Notes: generated by a model from the sequence alone, not told the origin. A stretch of 64,000 bases of DNA from Candidatus Omnitrophota bacterium (GCA_043803685.1 JAZDJU010000040.1:1-64000), one strand, 5' to 3'; shown: positions 39,280 to 48,606, counted from the stretch's first letter. A program made the numbers and translations.

Positions 39280-40710
39280 ATGAATACACCCCTGCACCAA
39301 CTGACAGTAAAAGAAGCGATTGAGTTCTGCCAAAAAGGCGGGGCCCGGGATCTCCTGCACGCCTTGACCGAACGGTCTCAAAAACTAAATCCCCGGGTAA
39401 ATGCTTTTTTGCGGATGGGTGCCTCTGACAGCAACTTGCCGCTTTCTGCTGAACGCTTACCGCTCTCCGGCGTTCCCATCTCTATTAAAGACAACATCTG
39501 TATCGACGGCGCGGAGGTGACTTGTGCTTCAAAGATCCTTGAAAAACACGTGCCGCCTTACGACGCGACCGTGATCACAAAACTTAAAAATGCCGGCGCA
39601 ACACTTTTCGGCCAGTGCAACATGGACGAGTTCGCGTTCGGTTCCTCCTGCGAAACCTCGGCGTTCGGCCCGTGCCGGAACCCGTGGGACCTCGAGCGTG
39701 TACCGGGCGGTTCAAGCGGCGGCTCCGCGGCCTCGGTCGCGGCGGACATGACGGTTGCGGCGCTCGGCTCCGACACCGGAGGCTCCATTCGTCAGCCCGC
39801 GGCTCTTTGCGGCATTGTCGGCGTGAAACCCACGTACGGGCGCGTGTCACGTTATGGACTCATTGCCTTCGGTTCAAGCTTTGACCAGATCGGTCCTCTT
39901 ACGAAGACCGTGGAGGACTCGGCTATTTTGTTGAATGTCCTGTGCGGCCACGACCCGAAGGACTCGACCTCGTCACCGGTGAAAGTTCCGGATTTTACGC
40001 AGGCGCTCACGCGCGACGTGAAGGGCCTGAGGATCGGCTTGCCGAAAGAGTATTTCATTGAAGGGATCGATCCTGAGATCGAGAAAAGCGTGCTCCAGGC
40101 CGCGGAAACTTATAAGAAGCTCGGCGCCGAGATCAAAACCATCAGTCTGCCGCACACGGAGCACTCAGTCGCGGTCTACTATATTGTGGCCGTCGCGGAG
40201 GCGAGCTCGAACCTCGGCCGCTTTGACGGCGTGGAGTACGGCCTTCGCGTGCCGTCGAAGGACCTGCGCGAAATGTATTTCGAGACCCGCGACCGGGGAT
40301 TCGGTCACGAAGCGAAGCGTCGCATTCTGCTCGGAACCTTTGTTCTCTCGGCGGGTTATTACGAGGCGTATTACCTGAAAGGGCAGAAGGTCCGCACGCT
40401 CATTCGCCAGGATTTCGAACAGGCGTTCAAAGAAGTGGACGTCATCCTTTCGCCGACGTCGCCCACCGCGGCGTTCAAGATCGGCGAAAAGGTCTCGGAT
40501 CCTATTGCCATGTACCTCTCGGATATTTTTACGATTCCCGCGAACCTGGCCGGGATTCCCGCGATGTCGGTGCCGTGCGGTTTCACCTCGGGCGGACTTC
40601 CCATCGGCATGCAGCTCATGGCTCGTCCGTTCGACGAGTCCACCATGCTCCGCGCCGCCCACGCCTTCGAGCAGGAAGCCGGAATCTATAAGCTCAAACC
40701 CAAATTGTAG
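39280..40710 (+). CDS. gatA: Asp/Glu-tRNA amidotransferase subunit A
   Basis: IKDN, NMDEF, PGGSSGGS, GSDTGGSIRQPA, SAGYYEAYY. Confidence 0.97.
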   Translation: MNTPLHQLTVKEAIEFCQKGGARDLLHALTERSQKLNPRVNAFLRMGASDSNLPLSAERLPLSGVPISIKDNICIDGAEVTCASKILEKHVPPYDATVITKLKNAGATLFGQCNMDEFAFGSSCETSAFGPCRNPWDLERVPGGSSGGSAASVAADMTVAALGSDTGGSIRQPAALCGIVGVKPTYGRVSRYGLIAFGSSFDQIGPLTKTVEDSAILLNVLCGHDPKDSTSSPVKVPDFTQALTRDVKGLRIGLPKEYFIEGIDPEIEKSVLQAAETYKKLGAEIKTISLPHTEHSVAVYYIVAVAEASSNLGRFDGVEYGLRVPSKDLREMYFETRDRGFGHEAKRRILLGTFVLSAGYYEAYYLKGQKVRTLIRQDFEQAFKEVDVILSPTSPTAAFKIGEKVSDPIAMYLSDIFTIPANLAGIPAMSVPCGFTSGGLPIGMQLMARPFDESTMLRAAHAFEQEAGIYKLKPKL

Positions 40711-40714
40711 GCGT

Positions 40715-40755
40715 TTGACAGGGTGGTTACTTGGTGCTACAATGTAGCTACATTG
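40715..40755 (+). promoter_or_regulatory. TA promoter with palindromic operator
   Basis: TTGACA-17-TACAAT; perfect palindrome CAATGTAGCTACATTG at 40740-40755. Confidence 0.75.
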
Positions 40756-40773
40756 GGTTAACCGGAGGAACTT

Positions 40774-41001
40774 ATGATAAAGCACCTAACGAGCCACGGA
40801 AACAGTCTCGCCTTGATTATCGAAAAACCGGTGTTGCAGCTTTTGCGCATTACTGCCAAGACTCCGCTGGAGGTCAACACCGACGGTCGTAGTCTCATTA
40901 TTTCGCCTGTGAATGACGATGCCAGGGAAAAGAAATTTAATGCCGTCATGGAAAAGATCCACAAGCAGTACGCGACCACTTTCAAGGCGCTTGCGGATTA
41001 A
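40774..41001 (+). CDS. AbrB/MazE-type antitoxin
   Basis: K.LT.HGNSLALII.K, LIISP, C-terminal Y...F.ALA. Confidence 0.88.
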   Translation: MIKHLTSHGNSLALIIEKPVLQLLRITAKTPLEVNTDGRSLIISPVNDDAREKKFNAVMEKIHKQYATTFKALAD

Positions 41002-41006
41002 TAGCT

Positions 41007-41456
41007 GTGAAGCGCAAAACTAAAAAAACAAAATTCTCCGTTCGCGAAGAGGGCGCTGTTTATAGGCCTTCTGCCCCTGTTTTTTTGACGCACGACGAGG
41101 TGTTGAAGCTACATGTCCGGCAAATTGAGCTTTTTGGCGGCACCGACGGCATTCGAGATATGGCGTTATTGCATTCGGCATTGGCTCAGCCAGAGGCGAG
41201 TTTTGGAGGACATTGGCTTCACAATGACATTTTTGAAATGGCCGCCGCTTATGCTTATCATATTTGCCAGAACCACCCGTTTTTTGATGGCAATAAGCGC
41301 ACAGCCCTTGACGCGGCCCTGATGTTCCTAGGCACGAACGGAATCTTGTTCAAAGATCCTAAAGAGATCTTTATTGGCGTGATGCTTTCGGTCGCGAGAG
41401 GGAAGATGGGTAAAAAAGAGCTGGCGCAGATTTTTCGCGATCTGCCCCGGGAATAG
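41007..41456 (+). CDS. doc: Doc/Fic family toxin
   Basis: FGG..GIRD..LL.SA, NHPFFDGNKRTA. Confidence 0.9.
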   Translation: MKRKTKKTKFSVREEGAVYRPSAPVFLTHDEVLKLHVRQIELFGGTDGIRDMALLHSALAQPEASFGGHWLHNDIFEMAAAYAYHICQNHPFFDGNKRTALDAALMFLGTNGILFKDPKEIFIGVMLSVARGKMGKKELAQIFRDLPRE

Positions 41457-41480
41457 ACATTCGGGCGTGCGTCAGCAGCT

Positions 41481-42627
41481 GATTTTCCAGCGGGCTGGGA
41501 AATTGGGCAAGGGGGCGTAGATTTTTCCGGCGCCGGAAAAATTAGCAGCCAATTCATCGGCGGGCCGATGAATTGAGGCGAACAGAAGATTTATCGGACG
41601 TCCGACGAATTGAGGGGGCAAGGCCTCCCGGGTAGCTCGAGGCTTTATAGCTTAAAGGATATACAGCAAAACAGCCGCCAGCGGCTGAATTGACCAACCG
41701 TGCGGCGAAGTTGTTAAGCAGAATGTACGTAAAACAAATGGGGAGCTAACCCCTCCCCACCGGACGCCGTCCGGTTTTCTCGCATGCGGGAAAATTGGAG
41801 CACTGAATTCATCGGCGGGCCGATGAATTGAGGGGGCAAGGCTTCCCGGGTAGTTCGAGGCCTCATATCATATATGATATGAGGCAAAAACGGGCGCGGG
41901 CGACTGAATTGGCTGGTGAGATAATTCAAAATAATGAGAGAACCAAGGCGAGGTGGCGATATGCGTAGAATGACAGCGGGTCTGATCGCTTTTATGTTTC
42001 CGCTCATGTTGGGGACCACCTACATTGTCAGAGAGAATGGCAAAGAGGTAGGGACTTGGGTGGAGAAGGATGGAAGTGATGTTACTCGATATATCGACAA
42101 TACAGTGACCAAGACAGGATCGCAAGCTATCGCAGAGCAGCAGATTGTTACCTCCGGACGAGCTAAGGTCAGCGACGAGCAAGAGAGAATAGAAGGTGAA
42201 AAATACATGGAAAGGGAAGAGACCTTTGGTATTCGTGAGGGATTGACGCGAGCGCAACTTGAAAATATTTCCATGGAAAAAGGCCTGCTCCGAAAAACAA
42301 AATATTCAGATAATGATACTTCCACAGGGGAAGGATTTTGGATCTTTGAGTATGTGACAGAAACAAAACATTACAAGCACCTTTTTAAGGTCTATCTAGA
42401 ATCAAACTATTGGACGGTAAAGAAAGTTTTTCATAGCGTTGAAGAGCGGTGACAAATCCTGGCAGTGATTTAACCGGACGTGATTTTCAATTTTCCAGTG
42501 GGCTGAAGAATTTGTACTGAATTAGTCGGCGGGCCGACGAATTGAGGGGGCAAGGCCTCCCGGGCAGTTCGAGGCCTCATATCATATATGATATGAGGCG
42601 ATTTAGTCGCTGGCGACCAAATTGACC
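41481..42627 (+). repeat. three composite repeat units built from 24-bp RATT-N16-AATT hairpins and an 11-6-11 core
   Basis: colinear units 41588-41691, 41806-41910, 42520-42623; 11 fixed-length 24-bp elements in total. Confidence 0.85.
41961..42452 (+). CDS. hypothetical protein with N-terminal hydrophobic segment (AT-rich, repeat-flanked)
   Basis: SD GAGGTGG, open frame between repeat units 2 and 3. Confidence 0.65.
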   Translation: MRRMTAGLIAFMFPLMLGTTYIVRENGKEVGTWVEKDGSDVTRYIDNTVTKTGSQAIAEQQIVTSGRAKVSDEQERIEGEKYMEREETFGIREGLTRAQLENISMEKGLLRKTKYSDNDTSTGEGFWIFEYVTETKHYKHLFKVYLESNYWTVKKVFHSVEER

Positions 42628-42725
42628 AGGAAATTATAGGCCCGAGACTTCGGTAAAAGGAAATACGTAGGGCGTCCAGTGGCAGGCCGCCTACTTTTGA
42701 ACGCTAACACTGAGGAGAAAATCAG

Positions 42726-42908
42726 ATGAAAGAATATATTAATGGATTGGAGAAAGCGATAAACGACGAAAATGAACATCTTAACTTAATCAATCGATGT
42801 GAAAAAAAGGGGATACAAGGCTTTGATTATGAGGTGTTGCGTCGTCGAATTAAAGAGAACATATCCTTGTATCAAAGGTTGAAAAAACAAACAGAGAGCT
42901 CCTCTTAA
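42726..42908 (+). CDS. hypothetical small helical protein
   Basis: SD GAGGAG, 60 aa, AT-rich. Confidence 0.55.
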   Translation: MKEYINGLEKAINDENEHLNLINRCEKKGIQGFDYEVLRRRIKENISLYQRLKKQTESSS

Positions 42909-42916
42909 GGATCTTT

Positions 42917-43729
42917 ATGGGCTTATTTCTTTTTGATGCGTTTAAATGCTTTTACAGCGGGGGGGTTGGTCCATTTTCAGTTAGAACATTGCATGATATC
43001 AAATCCTCTCGCTGTTGTTTATGTGGAAGTAAGGTTTACCCAACCGAGCTATTGGGGAATGCATGGATAAAGCAAAATGATGAATATAAAATCTTATGCT
43101 ATCGATGCAGAGGGCTAGAAGGTAAATTTAATAGCGCAAAATTGAGTGGAGAAGTAGTCCTTTCAACAGCAAAAGTGGCGGCAGAAATTATTCGTTCAAG
43201 GTGCCATAAATGCAATCGCAAGATAGATGCAAACTCTGTTATTCAAGGAATAAGGTCAGGCGGCTCACATGTAACAGTGCATTGCGAAGAATGCCAGTTT
43301 TGGCCTTTTCCGAACTCAACGAGATTTAGTTGCGGAGAATGTGGAGCTTTGAACACACATCGCGACGAGGGCAGCTGGGAGGATGAGAAATGCTGGAGTT
43401 GCAATCTATCACATAAAGAGCAATGGTTTTATAACTTGCCTTGCGAAGATGAAACCATGTATCTAGAAAAAGAATGTCCCAATTGCGATAGAGAAAATCC
43501 TCAAAAAAATTGTTCCGTATGTAAGGGGGGTGGAATTTTAGTTGCGAGCCAAGAAATACCAGAATGGATTTCTTATCTAAAAAAGAAAAAAGGATATACG
43601 CAAAAGAATTTAGCGATATTGTTAGATGCTTCCGAGGATTTAATAAATGATATCATGGCCAAAAAAGCAAAACTAACGCATGGCCAACTTCAGAAGCTAT
43701 ACGTCGATATTGAGAAAGAATCTTCTTAA
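42917..43729 (+). CDS. multi-CxxC zinc-ribbon protein with C-terminal XRE-type HTH
   Basis: CLC, CYRC, CHKC, CEEC, CGEC, CWSC, CPNC, CSVC; LKKKKGYTQKNLAILLDAS. Confidence 0.65.
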   Translation: MGLFLFDAFKCFYSGGVGPFSVRTLHDIKSSRCCLCGSKVYPTELLGNAWIKQNDEYKILCYRCRGLEGKFNSAKLSGEVVLSTAKVAAEIIRSRCHKCNRKIDANSVIQGIRSGGSHVTVHCEECQFWPFPNSTRFSCGECGALNTHRDEGSWEDEKCWSCNLSHKEQWFYNLPCEDETMYLEKECPNCDRENPQKNCSVCKGGGILVASQEIPEWISYLKKKKGYTQKNLAILLDASEDLINDIMAKKAKLTHGQLQKLYVDIEKESS

Positions 43730-43825
43730 CCGTAGTAACGTTAATAGCCGAGCAGTGTTTGGCGAAGAGCAATAAAAAGGAATTTTGGCTATAGTCTGTG
43801 GTCTGCAGTCTAAGCGGAGCGAAAT

Positions 43826-45319
43826 ATGAATTACGAACCTGTGATTGGACTTGAGGTCCACGTACAACTGAAGACGAAGAGCAAGCTCTTCTGCTCATGC
43901 TCCACGGAATTTGGGGCGGGGGGGAACGAGCATACGTGCCCGGTGTGTCTGGGGTGGCCGGGGTCGTTGCCGGTCTTAAACGAAGCGGCCTTGAAGCTCG
44001 GGATCCGCGTCGGGCTCGCGCTTAATTGCAAGGTGGCGGAGCGGCTCAAATTCGACCGGAAGAATTATTTCTATCCCGACCTTCCCAAGGCGTATCAGAT
44101 CTCGCAATTCGACATGCCGGTGAATGGCAAAGGTTTCCTCGATATCGAAACGCGAGCCAAGAGCCAAGGGCCACGGGCCACGAAGAACGAAGAACAAAAC
44201 GTGGGGCGTGGGTCGTGGGACGTGGAACGAAAGAGGATCGGTATCACTCGCGCGCACCTGGAAGAGGACGCGGGGAAGCTTCTCCATGAAGGCATCGCGG
44301 ACGGGAGCCTCGTGGATTACAACCGTGGCGGCATTCCGCTCCTCGAGATCGTTTCCGAGCCGGACCTTGGCAGTCCGCAGGAGGCCTATGATTACCTCAC
44401 GGCGCTCAAAGCCATTCTTCAATATCTGGAAGTGAGCGACTGCGATATGGAAAAGGGGAGCCTCCGCTGTGACGCGAACGTGTCGGTGCGCCCCGTGAGT
44501 CAGGCCAAGCTTGGCACGAAAGTCGAGATCAAGAATCTGAATTCCTTCAAGATGGTGCACAAAGCCATTCAGTATGAGATCGAACGCCAGACCGAGGCGC
44601 TCGAACGCGGGGAAACCATTGTTCAGGAAACGCGGCTCTGGAATGACGGGAAAGGCACGACCTTTTCCATGCGTTCCAAGGAAGAAGCGCACGATTACCG
44701 TTATTTCCCGGAGCCGGACCTTGTGCCGTTCACGCTCACGCGCGAAACCGTGGAAGAGATCCGCAAGACGCTGCCCGAGCTGCCGCTTGAGCGCGCGAAA
44801 CGGTTCATCAAAGAATTTGGCATTCCGGAATACGACGCCTACGTGCTCGTGCAGGAAAAGAAAGTCGCGGCCTATTTCGAATCGTGTGTGCGCGAAGGGG
44901 CCGCGGCAAAGTCCGCGAGCAATTGGATCCAAACCGAGCTTTTGGCGCTACTTAACGCGAAAAATATCGCGATCGACCAATGTCTGGTTTCACCGCACGC
45001 GCTCGCGGGACTCATTCGTCTTGTCGAGAAAGGGACGCTGAGCGGCAAGACCGCGAAGGATGTGCTTCAGGAAATGGCGGCGACGGGCAAGGCTGCGGAC
45101 ACAATCGTTCAGGAAAAAGGACTTACGCAGGTCTCGGACACGGGGTTGATCGAGAAAGCGGTCGAGAAGGCCATTGCCGCGAACCCGACCGCTGTCGCGG
45201 AATTCAAGGCCGGGAAGCAGAAGGCCCTCGGCGCGCTCGTCGGCGCGGTGATGAAAGAGACCGGCGGCAAGGCGAACCCGAAAATCGTGAATGAAATTTT
45301 GATGAAGAAGTTGTCCTAA
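43826..45319 (+). CDS. gatB: Asp/Glu-tRNA amidotransferase subunit B (with repeat-derived insertion)
   Basis: IGLEVHVQL, RKNYFYPDLPK.YQISQ, HLEEDAGK, RCDANVS, DYRYFPEPDL. Confidence 0.97.
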   Translation: MNYEPVIGLEVHVQLKTKSKLFCSCSTEFGAGGNEHTCPVCLGWPGSLPVLNEAALKLGIRVGLALNCKVAERLKFDRKNYFYPDLPKAYQISQFDMPVNGKGFLDIETRAKSQGPRATKNEEQNVGRGSWDVERKRIGITRAHLEEDAGKLLHEGIADGSLVDYNRGGIPLLEIVSEPDLGSPQEAYDYLTALKAILQYLEVSDCDMEKGSLRCDANVSVRPVSQAKLGTKVEIKNLNSFKMVHKAIQYEIERQTEALERGETIVQETRLWNDGKGTTFSMRSKEEAHDYRYFPEPDLVPFTLTRETVEEIRKTLPELPLERAKRFIKEFGIPEYDAYVLVQEKKVAAYFESCVREGAAAKSASNWIQTELLALLNAKNIAIDQCLVSPHALAGLIRLVEKGTLSGKTAKDVLQEMAATGKAADTIVQEKGLTQVSDTGLIEKAVEKAIAANPTAVAEFKAGKQKALGALVGAVMKETGGKANPKIVNEILMKKLS

Positions 45320-45421
45320 CTGCCGGGACACGTGCCACGATCCACGCACCACGAAATCCGTTTTTCGCGCCCCGTGGCCCATGGGAATGACAAGCGTTCA
45401 GTCTAAAACGCGGGAGAGAAC

Positions 45422-45727
45422 ATGACGGTCGTATTTGCTCAGCTGACGATGGTTTTCGCGGGCCTTGTTTTTTTGATGCTCGCCGGGTCTTTTTTCGCGA
45501 GGATCCGAAATCCCCAGGGAGGGAAGAAGCCCATCGCTTTGTTCTGTCTGGTGGAGTTCATGATCTTTGTTTGCGCGGTCATGTTCCTGATCTTTCGTAA
45601 TGGGACCTCTGAAAGCGTTACGGCGCTCTTGATGCCCGCTTTGGGTCTGACCTTGATCGTGAGCCTTCCGGTCCTCGCGATCGTTTGGGCGACACAGAAA
45701 ACGCCGCAAGCGAAGAAGAAAAAATAA
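45422..45727 (+). CDS. hypothetical membrane protein
   Basis: SD GGAG, three TM segments; flanked on both sides by heptamer-IR repeats. Confidence 0.6.
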   Translation: MTVVFAQLTMVFAGLVFLMLAGSFFARIRNPQGGKKPIALFCLVEFMIFVCAVMFLIFRNGTSESVTALLMPALGLTLIVSLPVLAIVWATQKTPQAKKKK

Positions 45728-45871
45728 CAGGATGACGGTAAGCCAGAGAGTGCCCATGAAGTTCTTCCTCAGAAAATATTCTAAATTCGGGGGCACGTGC
45801 CATGAGCCACGGGCCACGAAAAACGGCTTTCGTGGTGCGTGGTACGTGGCACGTGGCACGCGTAGGTCAGC

Positions 45872-46876
45872 ATGCTGACCCTCGGCATCGAAACCTCGTG
45901 CGACGAAACGTCGTGCTCCATTCTTCGCGGTAAAGACACGCTTCTTTCGAACGTCGTTTCCTCCAGTCTTTTCCGGCATAAGCAATTCGGCGGCGTCGTG
46001 CCCGAGATCGCGTCCCGGCATTGCATGGAGCAGATCCAATGCGTGTTCGAGGAAGCGCTTCAGGAAGCCAAGATCAAACCCAAAGACCTTGATCTTATTG
46101 CCGTAACGCAGGGACCGGGGCTCATTGGTTCACTGCTGGTCGGCGTCGCGTTCGCCAAGGCGCTCGCTTACCAACTCGAAATTCCTCTCGTAGGTGTGAA
46201 TCATATGGAAGGTCATCTCGTCGCGAACTTTCTCGGGCAAAAGGAACCCAAACGTTACGTGGGGCTTCTCGTCTCGGGCGGGCACACGATGCTCACCTTC
46301 TGCGAAAAAGGAAAGATCCATATCCTGGGCGAGACGGTGGACGACGCCGTGGGCGAAGCCTATGACAAGGTCGCGAAGATCATGGGACTCAGTTATCCCG
46401 GTGGGCCCATGCTCGACAAACTCGCGCGGCAGGGGAATCCTCGCGCAGTCCCGTTCACGCGGCCCAAACAGGATGAGCGTTTCGGCTTCAGTTTCAGCGG
46501 CGTGAAAACAGCCGTACTTTACAAGATGAAAGACCCGAAGACGGGAGCGCCGCTTCCGGACGCGCCGTCCGTGAAAGACATGGTGGCGAGTTTCCAACAT
46601 GCCGCGATCGGCTGGCTCGTCGAGAAGACGCTTGACGCCGCGGAGTTCAAAAAAGTTTCCGATGTCGTGGTGGGCGGAGGCGTGAGCGCGAATTCCTGGC
46701 TCCGCGAAAAACTAACGCGGGACGCCGCGGCCAAAGGCATCAAAGTCTGGCTTCCGCCGTTCGTCCTGAGCACGGACAACGCCGCGATGATCGCACGCCG
46801 CGGGTTCGAGCTTTATCAAAACGGGAAACGGTCGAAACTAAATATGACCGGAGATCCTGCGCTGCAAATAAAATAA
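45872..46876 (+). CDS. tsaD: tRNA N6-threonylcarbamoyladenosine transferase subunit
   Basis: LGIETSCDET, GGVVPEIASR.H, HMEGH, VSGGHT, TDNAAMI. Confidence 0.97.
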   Translation: MLTLGIETSCDETSCSILRGKDTLLSNVVSSSLFRHKQFGGVVPEIASRHCMEQIQCVFEEALQEAKIKPKDLDLIAVTQGPGLIGSLLVGVAFAKALAYQLEIPLVGVNHMEGHLVANFLGQKEPKRYVGLLVSGGHTMLTFCEKGKIHILGETVDDAVGEAYDKVAKIMGLSYPGGPMLDKLARQGNPRAVPFTRPKQDERFGFSFSGVKTAVLYKMKDPKTGAPLPDAPSVKDMVASFQHAAIGWLVEKTLDAAEFKKVSDVVVGGGVSANSWLREKLTRDAAAKGIKVWLPPFVLSTDNAAMIARRGFELYQNGKRSKLNMTGDPALQIK

Positions 46877-46936
46877 GTGTCAGAGTTTCATGATACGCTG
46901 ACACTTTGATACGCGTTTTGATAGGGGAGGGTCCTT

Positions 46937-47410
46937 ATGTGTACTTTTTTTTCGTGGCTTACGCCGACGGATATCCAGTTCGCGGTCAAATTGTGCGTCG
47001 CGACATTGCTCGGCGCTTTGATCGGTCTCGAGCGGGAGGTTCACGGCAAAGAAGCCGGTTTCAAGACCTATTCGCTCGTGTGTCTGGGGTCGGCGCTCAT
47101 GATGATCGTTTCTATTGACGTTTTTGAGATCTACAAGGGCGTCGCAGCCGTGGACCCGGGACGCATTGCAGCCCAGGCGGTGACCGGCATTGGATTCCTC
47201 GGCGCGGGTGCCATTATCCGTTCTTCGGAGGGAAGTATCAGAGGTTTGACGACGGCCGCCGGGATATGGTCCGCTTGCGCCATTGGATTGGCGTGCGGGT
47301 TGGGGCTTTACAAACAGGCGATCATGACCACGATCCTCGTGCTGGTGATCCTTGTGATCTTTTCCAAGCTTCAGAAAAGTATGCTCCACAAAAAGCATCC
47401 TGGGCAGTGA
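46937..47410 (+). CDS. MgtC/SapB family protein
   Basis: IGLERE..KEAG.KT, DPGRIAAQ..TGIGFLGAG, GLTTAA.IW. Confidence 0.93.
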   Translation: MCTFFSWLTPTDIQFAVKLCVATLLGALIGLEREVHGKEAGFKTYSLVCLGSALMMIVSIDVFEIYKGVAAVDPGRIAAQAVTGIGFLGAGAIIRSSEGSIRGLTTAAGIWSACAIGLACGLGLYKQAIMTTILVLVILVIFSKLQKSMLHKKHPGQ

Positions 47411-47543
47411 CGGTCCCAATACTGATTATCCCGCTTTTTTCGGGATGGGCCGTCCAAACTACGATTTTTAAAATAATGAAAAGTTTGGCATCACATTCTC
47501 TGGGATTGACACTCGAGGGGCAAAAAGCTAGAATTCGCCCCCT

Positions 47544-48425
47544 ATGACATCCACAAACAAGCTTAAGATCGCGATACCCAAGGGAAGTCTCGAAGAGGCG
47601 ACCTGTAATCTTTTCAAGCGGGCCGGCTACAAGATCAACGTCAGCTCCCGTTCCTACATTCCTTCCATCGACGACCCCGAGATCGAGGTCGTGCTCTTTC
47701 GTCCCCAGGAAATGTCGCGGTACGTTGAAGATGGTATTGTGGATTGCGGCCTGACGGGGCATGACTGGATCGTGGAGAACGATTCCGATATCGTGGAACT
47801 GTGTGAACTTCAATACTCCAAGCGCACCTCGAACCCCGTTCGCTGGGTCCTGGCCGTGCACGAGTCTTCGCCGTTCAAAAGCATCAAGGACCTGAACGGG
47901 AAGAAGATCGTGACCGAGCTTGTGAGCGTCACGAAACGTTATCTTAAGAAGAACAAAGTGAACGCGGAAGTCGAATTTTCGTGGGGCGCCACGGAAGCCA
48001 AACCGCCGAAACTCGCGGATGCTATCGTGGAAGCGACCGAGACAGGGTCCAGTCTTCGCGCGAACAAACTCAAGATCATCGACACTGTCATCGTTTCTAT
48101 CCCTAAGTTCATCGCGAACAAGCAGAGCGTGAAGAACCCCTGGAAAAAGCAGAAGATGGACAATCTGATGATGCTCCTCGAAGGCGCCATGCGCGCTCAG
48201 GAGAAGGTGGGCCTGAAGATGAACGTCGAGAAGAAGCACCTGCAAAGGGTCCTGAGCCTTCTTCCGGCCATGAAAAAACCGACCATCGCGAACCTGACGG
48301 ACAAGAACTGGCTCGATGTCGAGACCATTATTGACGAGTCCGTGGTCCGGGAATTGATCCCGGCGCTCAAGAAGGCCGGCGCGTCGGGCATTATCGAATA
48401 TCCGCTCAATAAAGTGATTCCGTAA
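47544..48425 (+). CDS. hisG: ATP phosphoribosyltransferase, long form
   Basis: [30 protein letters not shown]-terminal regulatory domain. Confidence 0.95.
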   Translation: MTSTNKLKIAIPKGSLEEATCNLFKRAGYKINVSSRSYIPSIDDPEIEVVLFRPQEMSRYVEDGIVDCGLTGHDWIVENDSDIVELCELQYSKRTSNPVRWVLAVHESSPFKSIKDLNGKKIVTELVSVTKRYLKKNKVNAEVEFSWGATEAKPPKLADAIVEATETGSSLRANKLKIIDTVIVSIPKFIANKQSVKNPWKKQKMDNLMMLLEGAMRAQEKVGLKMNVEKKHLQRVLSLLPAMKKPTIANLTDKNWLDVETIIDESVVRELIPALKKAGASGIIEYPLNKVIP

Positions 48426-48507
48426 AAGCAGGGATAGGCGGTAAGCGTAAAGCGTTAAGAGAACTTACCGCTTACCGCTTGACGCTTACAACTAACTGGA
48501 GGCAACA

Positions 48508-48606
48508 ATGCCTTGGGCTCGTAAACAGCGCAAGAAGAAGATGAACAAGCATAAGCGCAAGAAGAAACTGCGCCGGAACCGCCACAAGAAAAAAGACTGG
48601 TCCTAG
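48508..48606 (+). CDS. bS22/mS38-like (AURKAIP1/COX24) small basic protein, 32 aa
   Basis: SD GGAGG; MPWARKQRKKKMNKHKRKKKLRRNRHKKKDWS (KM.KHK.KK..R..RH pattern); below ORF-track cutoff. Confidence 0.8.
   Translation: MPWARKQRKKKMNKHKRKKKLRRNRHKKKDWS

Noticed and set aside
41481..42627. CRISPR array
   Set aside because: Repeats are composite, irregularly spaced, separated by ORF-sized gaps, and no cas genes are in the window.
41481..42627. classical integron attC array
   Set aside because: No RYYYAAC...GTTRRRY ends recognised and no integron integrase; kept as a different cassette-like hypothesis.
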